Translations under genes and position numbers: made by a program | Assembly: GCF_006345805.1 (NCBI RefSeq) | Contig: NC_042998.1 | Location: 29,078,001 to 29,142,000 of the forward strand | Source: Octopus sinensis | Taxonomy: Eukaryota | Reading direction: 5' to 3' | Length of the DNA: 64,000 nucleotides | Part shown: piece by piece, positions 53,358 through 64,000 of the stretch | How the letters are laid out: every line of letters starts with the position of its first letter | How positions within the stretch are numbered: position 1 is the stretch's first letter | Notes under the pieces: generated by a model | Databases searched by the model: none | Told to the model about the DNA's origin: nothing | Seen by the model: the letters and a program-made list of their open reading frames with translations, nothing else

Positions 53358-54888
53358 TTAATTAGGATTGTCCGGTGGAGGGGGACCCTCCACCTTTTTT
53401 TTATCCAGGGTCGGAGGTGGACGGTCTTGGGAAATAGATTTGTCAAAATCCCGTCTCACCACCGACACAGAATTATCAGGTGGAGGGGGAATCTCCACCT
53501 TTTCCTTTTCTCGCGGGATCGGAGCTGGTAATCCATGAAATATCGACTTGTTAAAATCTAATCTCAATGAAGATATAGAATTCTACAAAATAAGTACAGA
53601 AAGACTGTAAGTCTTATTTGAGACTTCATATATGTCGTAATTGATAAATTCCTCTGAAAGGTTATCAATTTTTTTTACAGTCTTTATGAGTTGAATGTCT
53701 CTCATGAGCTCAGTATCTTTAGTGTATACGGCTATTATGCCTTTTTCTTCTTTTTCTCTTCTGGCAGTCTTTTTTGGTCGTTGTTCTGTAGTAGTCGCCG
53801 CTCTCGGCTGGGTTGCTGGTTGTATTTTTCTTTTGTTTGTTGTTTTTTTCTCATCTGTTTCTTTTCTTTATCTTCTTCCTCTTTGTCTTTTTTCTCCTCT
53901 TCCTCCTCTCTTCTTCATTTTCCTTGCAGTTCCTTCGAATGTGGCCTAATTAACCACATAAAAAACATCGAGGTTTTCGGCCCTCAACAAACACCACGAG
54001 GTTCTCCTCCCCTACCTCAATTGTCTCAGGAATTGTTTGAATTATTTTAGGGTCCGCTTGAATGAGAAGATTAATTGTTTTACCATCCCAGCGTGGGTTT
54101 TCCGTAGCGGTAGCCTGGAGGAGAGTAATTTTTTCTACCTCTTTGATTAGGACTGCCGCCAACAACCACATAGGTTCGACCTCTGGCGGGACCCTTGTAA
54201 TTTTTATTCGCGACGTCCTCATCCCCATATAATAGGGTATTAACTCCACGTCGTTCGTTTTCAACGTTTCCACTGAGTTCTTGTGTGCTATTTCTTTATT
54301 GGTGAACCTTACTTCCACCGTTCCGAATTTTTTTCCTCTTCTCAGAATACTACGTCGCCCAATATTGGCTTTAAGCACTTTTCTATTTTCTCTTCTGACA
54401 TTCTTTCAATTTTTCTATTTTGTAGACAATATGTTTTGAAAATTATTGTTTTTTGCTTTTCTTCCTGTAATAACTTTTGAGGAGGTTCAATTTTCACACT
54501 GTTGTCATTTATTTCCATCATTTTGCTGTATTTCATAATTTCGCTTTATTCGTCGACAGTATCTGGGTTCCACCCCCAGCAGCCAACGCAAAACTTTTTT
54601 TTCCATTTTTTGGTTCTATCTGGATGCTAGGCACATCAATTATTCTCTTCGACACAATGCCTTTGTTCTCTGGCAAAGTCGGAAACTCTTCTGGTGAAAG
54701 TTCTGACGAGCTCTCAGACACATCTCCAAAAATATCAAATATATTATCCTCTCTGCTATTCCTTCTTGTAGCGGGGGAACCCCTATTTCCTTGTCTGTAG
54801 TTGGCTCCTCGCCGGACATGTATTTCCTCCTCTCAACAGGAGAAACAAGTATTTCTGCTCCAACGGTAGGCTCCATGCTAGACGACAT
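53358..54888 (-). pseudogene. ORF1: gag-like RNA-binding protein with CCHC zinc knuckle, disrupted
   Basis: ATG at 54888 (MSSSMEPTVG); KPRCFLCG*LGHIRRNC (CX2CX4HX4C with an in-frame stop); basic tract; ends 11 nt before the ORF2 ATG. Confidence 0.8.
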
Positions 54889-55986
54889 TCTTCCCCCCAA
54901 GGGGGAATGAACAACGCGTGCTACCACAAGCACTAAGTGTTTTCAATTGAAAACTCCAACAGTTAAGTTATTCAACAGTTTAACAAGAAACAACAGTTGT
55001 TAACAATATTAACACCACGAAACAGCAATTCTTACTTCACGAACACATGTGCGACAGACGAAATACCGCTAAGCATTTTGTCCGGCATGCTTAACGATTC
55101 TGCCAGGTCGCAACCTTAATATCATTATTTAATATTAAAGATAAAAATATTTTATTCAGGAAAATGCTTTGTAAATTGTTCCAAAAGTATTGATTTATAT
55201 AAATCTTTTCTAGTTAATAGAAATTTTATTCGAATATAAAAGATACACGTGTTATAATGAGTTTCGATACATTTAGCCGTATGAGCACGAGGAAAGTATT
55301 TGTTTGTCGGCCCACTCGATGCCTTTTGGTAAAGGAACAGTAACGCCCTGAAAGATTTTATGAAAAAAAAAATGCTTCAATCTTTTCCTACAACACACCA
55401 CCGCATAATCTCGTAGTACAATACTACTCCAGTTTCTTTGAGTACTATCAAATGTGAGACTAACATACACTTTTGGGCTGACCCTTTGGAGACATTATAC
55501 CCGCCACAGTAAATTTAGAACTACCAGTAGTAAGTATTGTTTTGCACTAGGTAGGTAGCATTCTCAAAGTGGAAGCTTCGTTGTTATTTTAAAGCCCTTT
55601 TCTTTCTTGCGTGACTCAAGTAACGAATACATTTTGCCTGCAAGAAAAGGCTCGTTAATGGCTGCATATCTCGTTAACAGCCAGCAACAATAATTTATCA
55701 ACCCAATTGAATTCCAATATTTACCTTTAATTATGATTGCTAAAATGTGAGATTGCGTCTCTCTGCAGCGATTTCATCCAATTTTTTTTAAACAGCAATT
55801 CCTAAGAACTCTATTAGAAGATGGATCATCTGTTTATTTAGTATAACAGACACAAAAGCACCTTTTAGTTTAATATTAGTTATAGTTTCTCTTTCATCAT
55901 TATGTTTTAAGTGGCTGTAAACTTAAGTATGTTGTTCTGATAGACAAGTCTGTAATAAATTCACACCAATATAAATTCCATATGTA

Positions 55987-56217
55987 TGTTTCTTTATTAC
56001 CCACAAGAAGCTAAACATAGAGGAGACAAACAAGGACTGACAAACGGATTAAGTCGATTGCATCGACCCTAGTGCGTAACCGATACTTAATTTATCGACC
56101 CCGAAAGGATGAAAAGCAAAGTTGACCTCAGCGGAATTTGAACTCAGAACGTAACGGCAGACGAAATACGGCTACGCATTTCGCCCGGCGTGCTAACGTT
56201 TCTGCCAGCTCGCCGCC
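55987..56217 (-). mobile_element. SINE A2, full length
   Basis: TSD tataaattccatat (55970-55983 / 56218-56231). Confidence 0.92.
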
Positions 56218-56825
56218 TATAAATTCCATATATAATACTCTTCTTTATTGCATGTAACAAAAAAATCTTCTGAATGGGTGAAATAAACATCAGATATACT
56301 TTGCTCCACGCAGAAACCGCCGGAGCTACTCAAATGTTTTGCAAGCTCTTAAATCTATTGCAATGTTGAAAACACTTTCCCATCGTCAGCAGGTACATAA
56401 GAGTCACAGCGTTTCGCCCCTTAGCCTGTAAGCTTCAGCTGAGCCAGTGCGTAACCGATACTTAATTTATCGACCCCGAAAGGATGAAAAGCAAAGTTGA
56501 CCTCAGCAGAATTTGAATTCAGAACGTAACGGCAGACGAAATACGGCTACGCATTTCGCCCGGCGTGCTAACGTTTCTGCCAGCTCGCCGCCTATAAATT
56601 CCATATATAAAACTCTTCTTTATTGCATGTAACAAAAAATTCTTCTGAATGGGTGAAATAAACATCAGATATACTTTGCTCCACGCAGAAACCGCCGGAG
56701 CTACTCAAATGTTTTGCAAGCTCTTAAATCTATTGCAATGCTGAAAACACTTCCCCATCGTCAGCAGACATATCAGAGTCACAAGAGTTTCGCTCCTTAT
56801 CTTGTCTGCTTCAGCTGAGGCAGTG
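56071..56825. repeat. Tandem duplication, 375-bp period
   Basis: 56071-56445 repeated at 56446-~56824; AGTG microhomology at the junction. Confidence 0.92.
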
Positions 56826-56960
56826 AGGACTGAGTTAGTCTTCACCAACTGAAGGGTTCCACTTGTGACCTCATACCAACCATAGCCATCTTGAGGAGGT
56901 CTCAGCTGCTTTGCCTACTGCCTTAATAACTTTCTTCAGCTATTTGAGTTGCAGAGATAT
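56720..56960 (-). mobile_element. 3' end of an RLE-type (HERO-like) non-LTR element
   Basis: LKKVIKAVGKAAETSSRWLWLV* (56939-56871) resembles the recalled HERO C-terminal 'AAExxSRWLW' motif, followed by UTR. Confidence 0.55.
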
Positions 56961-57099
56961 CGTCTGCAGGAAATAATGCATTGATTGAGATAGAAATTAG
57001 AACTTCGGTGTATTATTGATCCCAAAACAGGTCTTCCGTACTGGAAACAGATTGGGACACTACAAACACTAATTGGGTTTAAGACGAATGGCTTTAAAA

Positions 57100-57459
57100 A
57101 GGTACACGAGTGGCTGTGTGGTAAGAAGTTTGCTTCTCAATCACATGTTTCCGGCTTCAGTTCCTCTGCGTGGTACCTTCGGTAAGTGTCTTCTAATATA
57201 ACCTCGGACTGACCAAAGTACTGTGAGTGGGTTTGGTAGACGGAAACTGAAAGAAGCCCTCGTATGTATGTATGTATGTATATGTGTGTGTGTGTGTGTG
57301 TGTGTATGCGTGCATGTGCGTGTATTTATGTCTGTGTTTCTGCCCCCCCCCCCACCGCGTTACAATAAGTGCCAAGCTTAAAAAGTATTGGGGTTGATTC
57401 GTTCAGCTAAAATTCAAGGTGGCACCCCAGCATGGCCGCAGTCTAATGACTGGAACAAG

Positions 57460-57460
<1 letters not shown>
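57100..57460 (+). mobile_element. SINE family B variant
   Basis: B head, TG run, ccagcatggccgcagtc tail. Confidence 0.85.
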
Positions 57461-57505
<45 letters not shown>

Positions 57506-58194
57506 ATATACTACAATAATAACAACAGCAACAATATTCAGAATGATATCCTGTATAAATTATATAAGGATGTATAAATATATATAGACATCCATATACG
57601 TATGTGAGTATATAACAATGTAAACATTACTTACAATATCACAGCATTTAATGGCAGAACTAAAATAATTATTCTCCTCTTCCAAAGCTTAAAGTAACAC
57701 AGAAATATACATATGTATTGGAACGGGAAAAGATTATTGTTAGATAAATCTATACGCACGACTGATCGCATTTTGTCCGTCCAACCGAGAATATAAACGC
57801 GAAAAGAAAAGCTGGAATAAGATTCTTTTGGATAGAAGTTGTAACGATCAATATTCCTATCAGTTAAGGCTGACTGCTATTTCTCACAAGGACTATTTGT
57901 TTTGTTTATCAACGATCGACATACGAGATCATCTTGTGTAACGAAATAAAACATAGCTGATTGTTTCAAACCTGCATACGTATGTGATATCTCCAAATAA
58001 ATAGGACAGAGATATAAAACAACTCATTGTAGCATTTAGAAGAAAATATAGCTTCATTGTGATATAGAACGATAGACTTTGTCAAACAAAAACTTTGAAA
58101 AGCAAATATACCTTCACTCTTCTCACATTCTATTATATATTCCATATAGCGAAATCATCACCAAGTATACACACACACACGTATGTATGTGTGC

Positions 58195-58236
<42 letters not shown>

Positions 58237-58383
58237 AATAATTTGAGGGAATAATAGTCCTAACTTACAGGGAAAAATTCGGTATATTGTTATTTTATAT
58301 TTAATATTTCTATTATATGTAATTTTCTAGATGGTGTAATTTAATTGTTCATTTTAAATTGATAAAAGGTGTTTTTTTTTCTA

Positions 58384-58442
<59 letters not shown>

Positions 58443-58805
58443 GGTAAATTTGGAATAGTGAGAATGAGTGTCCAGCACGGCATTAGTGGATAGATATTCT
58501 TTCTTTGTGGCATAAAGTATTCTCATCGAAAATGGAGACGAGTATCAACGTCTCCATGTGGTAGGCTTGAAAATTGTAAAGAGCTCTCTCTCCATACACG
58601 AAACCATTGGTAGACTTGTTAACTCACAGGGTCTATCTATCTATATATATATATCAATTTATGTATATTTTTTGATGTGCACAAATAAAGAAAAAATAAA
58701 TAAATAGTTACCAGGATAGCAAAGAATTCACATAAGTGCCAAGAATATAACAGCCTACTTATAAAGGTAGAAATTCCAGGGTTAAGTGAAATGTTTTTCT
58801 ATAAT

Positions 58806-58900
58806 ATGGATAAATTAAGAAATGGAGTAAAACGCAGGTGTTATTCAAATCATTTATACTTATAACACCTGCGTTTGATTCCATTTCTTAATTTATCTAT
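58806..58900. repeat. Hairpin: 39-bp arms, 17-nt loop
   Basis: Arms 58806-58844 / 58862-58900, 3 mismatches. Confidence 0.9.
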
Positions 58901-60589
58901 GTTTTTTATATATATATCAATGAAATTCCAGCGTAGTCTGATTTTTCCCGTTTTGAGATTTGCAATTTTTACAATATTGAAATAAATTATTACGTTCAGG
59001 CGTTACGCAATCATTGGGTTTATGTAGTGACACTCGAGTTCCCAAATTGACAACTGCATACATATGTATGTATATATATATATGCACATGCATACCTACT
59101 GAAGTACATTTCGTATCATTATATTTCACCAGTATAATTCTTAAATCTGAGTTTTATAACAAACGATAGAAATACTAAAACATGAACGGGTTTTTATACA
59201 TTTTTGAAGATGGGGAGAGTTAATTTAAAGTTGTGTTACTTTATATTCGTACGCTAACACTAATCTACTTCATACCCACACAATGCACGTTACCGCACTG
59301 ACTGAGCGCCACACTTCAGAACCGGCAACACGGAATTTTGTCAGTGAACAGGTCGCGGTTTCAAAGCGACGAAAATATTTTGACAAATTAAATTTAAATG
59401 TTGAAGTGAATCTAACGTTTTTTGTGTGTTTTTAAACGGCTTATAAACACCTTCCACGCTGCAATTGCTTTTGTTTCAGCACACGATCTCAGATCAGGTC
59501 ACTTGCTATGCAAGTACATCCCTGTAATTTATTATTTTTATTATTTATTCTTACACTCAATTCTTTATAACTATTTTATAAACGGTTTGCCGCCATTTAC
59601 ATCCGCTTGTCTATCTTTTACTTGATTATACTTAAACACACACACTGATATACATATAGATAATGTATAAATACATATGTACACACACATGCATGTGTAT
59701 GACAATCTGAATCTGCTAAGGTTTTCAGAAAAAGAAAGCAACCAACTAACTCGGACAATACAAACAAAATGTGTAAGTGGAACAATAGAGATATGCACGA
59801 ATTTTCTCAAGTTTAACACTACTTTGTTTTTGTTATTCCAACGATGGATTTTCGTATCTTTGTTAGAAACTAGCTCCTTCCTAAGAAGAAGAAATCAAAT
59901 GAAGAACAAAAGAGAACACTCCCACACATAGTGAACCCAAAAGCTAAGTAGGGTTCACTCAGAAAATCCCGTCAAAAATGTCACAGCATATGTTCATGCA
60001 CGCAGAAAGACGTTTCACCAAGTCACAATACGAATAGAGCCAGAGTGTAATATTAACAATTTAAAAGCAATTAGACGATTATAGAACAACCATTCCCTAG
60101 ACTGCATTTATGCATTAATTCCTCCGAAAGATGATATTCTGTTATAAGATTTTGCTACTTTGAACAAAAGATTGGAATTGGTATGTTCTTGCAGACAGGT
60201 TTGTCGATATGTATTGAATAATTTCAAAATAAGAAATACTTAAAATAGGATCTTTTTCACATAATGGATTTAACATAGTCTGAAAGATAACCACACAGTG
60301 AAAATAAGAAACATGAAGGGTTTTTTTTTTATCGCTACTAAAACTGCATCAGAAATAGTCATCTATATTTTTTGTGTTTCATGTAACTGATACATGGAAA
60401 TATCACGTAATTTGCTTTGCATTTGAATGGAATATATAAGCTAATCTACGTGTAAAAGTGTGATGCATATTCTAACGGTTAGCTGGGAACAAACTGAATT
60501 TCTATGAATAAACATATTTTGTATGAGAATAATATATACGTATTCACATACATGTGTGTGTGTGTGTGTGTGTGTTTCTATCCAGTCTT

Positions 60590-60850
60590 CTCGGCAGATG
60601 TTTGTGCTGAATGTATAGGATGGCCGGTGTGGGTCGAAGATGTTGAAGACGCTTCTTTCCTCTCCTGCGTTTTACCTCCTCATTCGGTTCTCTGTTCGGC
60701 TTGAAGGAGCTGGCTCCATTGTGGATAGCAGTTCTCCAAGCTGTCCTACCCAAGACAATCTGTTCCCATGAAGATGGCTGGATGTTAGTTTGAGCCAAGG
60801 TCCGTTTGAACAGGTCTTTAAAAAGGAAGTGGAGGGCAATCTCAAGCCCC
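60590..60850 (-). pseudogene. RTE-clade LINE C-terminal relic
   Basis: FKDLFKRTLAQTNIQPSSWEQIVLGRTAWRTAIHNGA...KRRR matches the RTE/BovB-type 'FKD..W...R..WR' region. Confidence 0.7.
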
Positions 60851-61080
60851 CAAGGATTGAATCCGGCGGAAAAAGACAACGCTTGGCAAGCAGAAATGGC
60901 GAGACAAAGGCGGATAGACTCCGGCAGCTAGCTGCAACCAGCCTCAACCAGACTGCACGCCCCAGTTCTTGAGCCGCACTGGAACAGTTCCTGGTCAAGT
61001 GTACGCGCGTGGGCATTGCGCAGCCACGATCACCTCAAACAATTTACTCAGCGACTGGCTTCGTGTATATATATATATAT

Positions 61081-61303
61081 ATTCTTTACTACCCACAAGG
61101 GGCCAAACACAGAGGGGACAAACAAGGACAGACAAAGGGATTAAGTCGATTCCATCGACCCCAGTGCGTAACTGGTACTTAATTTATCGACCCCGAAAGG
61201 ATGAAAGGCAAAGTCGACCTCGGCGGAATTTGAACTCAGAACGTAGCGGCAGACGAAATACGGCTTCGCATTTCGCCCGGCGTGCTAACGATTCTGCCAG
61301 CTC
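61081..61303 (-). mobile_element. SINE A2 inserted in a TA run
   Basis: Near-consensus copy. Confidence 0.92.
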
Positions 61304-61581
61304 TATATATATAATAGAAATATGTTACAAAAAGAAGGTAGAAACTACACGTGAAAATGTAAGGGAAAAGAAGAAAAAATATGCGAAAATGCACATTGGA
61401 AATCAAAAAAAGTAATGGCTTTTTATGAAAAGTAACGATAGATATATACAATTAGTTGAACTGAAGTATGAATAAAAGTAATAAAAGTCATTATTGTGAA
61501 TTGTTAAAGAGATTCGAAAGCATACCGGTTTCGTGAATTTACTGATCCTTGCTTTGAATGCACATCGGTTAATGAATGGAG

Positions 61582-61613
<32 letters not shown>

Positions 61614-61629
61614 TTTATATTGTATATGA

Positions 61630-62325
61630 TTCAGTCATTAGGCTGCGGCCTTGCTGGAGCAGCGCCTTGAAGAATTCTTCGTCGAATGTATCGACCCGAT
61701 TGTTTATTTTTTTAAAGCCTGCTCCTTATTCTATCGGTCTCATTTTCCAAATCGCTAAGTTGAGGGCCATAAGCACACCAGCACTGGTTGACAAGTGGTG
61801 ATGGTGTTGGGGACAAACGGACATATACACATATACATACAACGAGCTTCTTTCAGTTTCTGGCTACTGGATCCATTCACAAGGTTTTGATCGGCCCGAG
61901 GCTATAATATAAGACGCTTGCCCAAGGAGCCTCGCAGTGGGAATGAACCCCGAACCATATGGTTGGGAAACAAGCTTCTTCCCACACAGGCAGCGAGCTG
62001 GCAGAATCGTTAGCACGCCAGGCGAGATGCTTATCAGTATTTCATCTGCCGCTACGTTCTGAGTTCAAATTTCTTGTTTGTCCTCTATGTTTAGCCCCTT
62101 GTTGGTAGTAAAGAAATAGGTATTTCATCTACCGTTACGTTCTGAGTTCAAATTCCGCCGAGTTGGACTTTGCCTTTCATCCTTTCGGGGTCGATAAATT
62201 AAGTACCAGTTACGCACTGGGGTCGATGTAATCGACTTAATCCGTTTGTCTCTCCTTGTTTGTCCTCTCTGTGTTTAGCCCCTTGTGGGTAATAAAGAAA
62301 TAAGCTTCTTTCCACACAGCCATGC
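61630..62325. mobile_element. SINE B (-) interrupted by a two-unit A2 insertion (+, 61989-62301)
   Basis: 17-bp TSD aagcttcttYccacaca (61972-61988 / 62302-62318); internal junction aaagaaata|ggtatttc at 62118/62119. Confidence 0.88.
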
Positions 62326-62999
62326 ATGAATAGAAATAAATAGATATTACCTCAATGCTTCATATCTTCAATTGTTCGAATAATTTGCAACGTGAAATCC
62401 AGAGTAGCTATTCAAGAAGCTTCACTCTACAAAAATCCTGATATATAAAGTCGTTTTTGATTGTTAGCACACCCGTTCTCCCATCCATCCATCCATATAC
62501 ACACGAATGTTTAGGTTTAAATAATAATGATAATCTTAGTAAGTATATGTAAGATCGTACGATTGTATAAATCGTTAGCTGGGGATTTTAACAATCATAA
62601 ATGCGCAGACAACATTCCAACGGTTCCTATTTAAAAATCAAAAGAATCTTCTGATAGACAAATTCGATCGACTAGATTTTCTTTAATATGTGACAGTTAC
62701 CTATAACACATATTCTCTTTATAAACGATTCTTCGTAAAGTAACATCAATCGTGATTCCCACAAGAGTTTTTGAATGCAAACATCACACCGATTTTTAGC
62801 GAATCAAAATGATTTGTGACAAGAATATTCGTTTGAATAACTGTGGTTCTGTTATCAGGAATTAAGTTATATTAAAGATTCATAAATATAGAATGGCGAC
62901 GAGAAATTACTGTCATGTCAAGAAAAGTCAAGTTGGATTCCTATAAGGAAAATATCAGGAGACATGAAAACATACATATCTTTTCGAAGAGTTTGTCTA

Positions 63000-63735
<736 letters not shown>

Positions 63736-64000
63736 CTATATTCAAACAAACATACACACATCTATATGTCTACTGTGCGTGTGTGTATTTGTCTTTTTGT
63801 TCCTTTCTCTTTTGCGGATTTTTATACTTCTTTTACTTTTCAAAATTAAGATAAAGTTCTTTTTAAATCTAAAATTTACTCTCCATTTTCTACAATGCTC
63901 TTCCACCTATCTGGTAGATTTGCAACACCCCATCTTTTAAAATTCACTTCTCCGTGACGAAAAATACTCCACCACTGTTCTGATCTCGTCTACAGCATTC

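Larger units (their letters stand above)
49708..55050 (-). mobile_element. Near full-length degenerate Tx1/L1-clade non-LTR retrotransposon (~5.3 kb)
   Basis: Two-ORF layout; 17-bp TSD gcgRcagacgaaatacc (49691-49707 / 55051-55067); multiple frameshifts and stops. Confidence 0.92.

Noticed and set aside
56730-56830. CGAAAC...CTGACGA on the minus strand in the HERO-like UTR as a type-II hammerhead
   Set aside because: No stem II or stem III pairing could be formed in either tandem copy.

Overview
AT-rich, repeat-dense animal genomic DNA, most likely an octopus or other coleoid cephalopod (inferred from the SINE families and a squid-synaphin-like exon). The only host coding sequence I can support is the last coding exon of a complexin/synaphin gene (2805-2908, +, ending in a CaaX box, CSLQ*). 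The rest is non-coding: many tRNA-headed SINEs, TA/CA microsatellites, a mariner fragment, a non-autonomous Helitron, piggyBac- and MULE-type MITEs, and LTR-integrase, RTE and HERO-like relics. There is also a near full-length but degenerate Tx1/L1-clade LINE (49708-55050, -). Two systems stand out. (1) The Tx1 LINE shares its 3' tail with one SINE subfamily ('A2'). Both the LINE and A2 copies sit repeatedly at the same nucleotide inside the tRNA-derived head of that SINE family, giving nested arrays. (2) A head-to-head palindromic element flanked by one 12-bp TSD, in which each arm is a tRNA-like Pol III head plus a Penelope-type minimal hammerhead ribozyme (18886-19361). Nearly all ORFs in the supplied track are microsatellite or SINE artefacts. 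Coordinates were counted by hand (repeat boundaries within a few nt). No database searches were run; family names are from recalled motifs and novelty is unverified. Labels A1, A2, B and C are my own.
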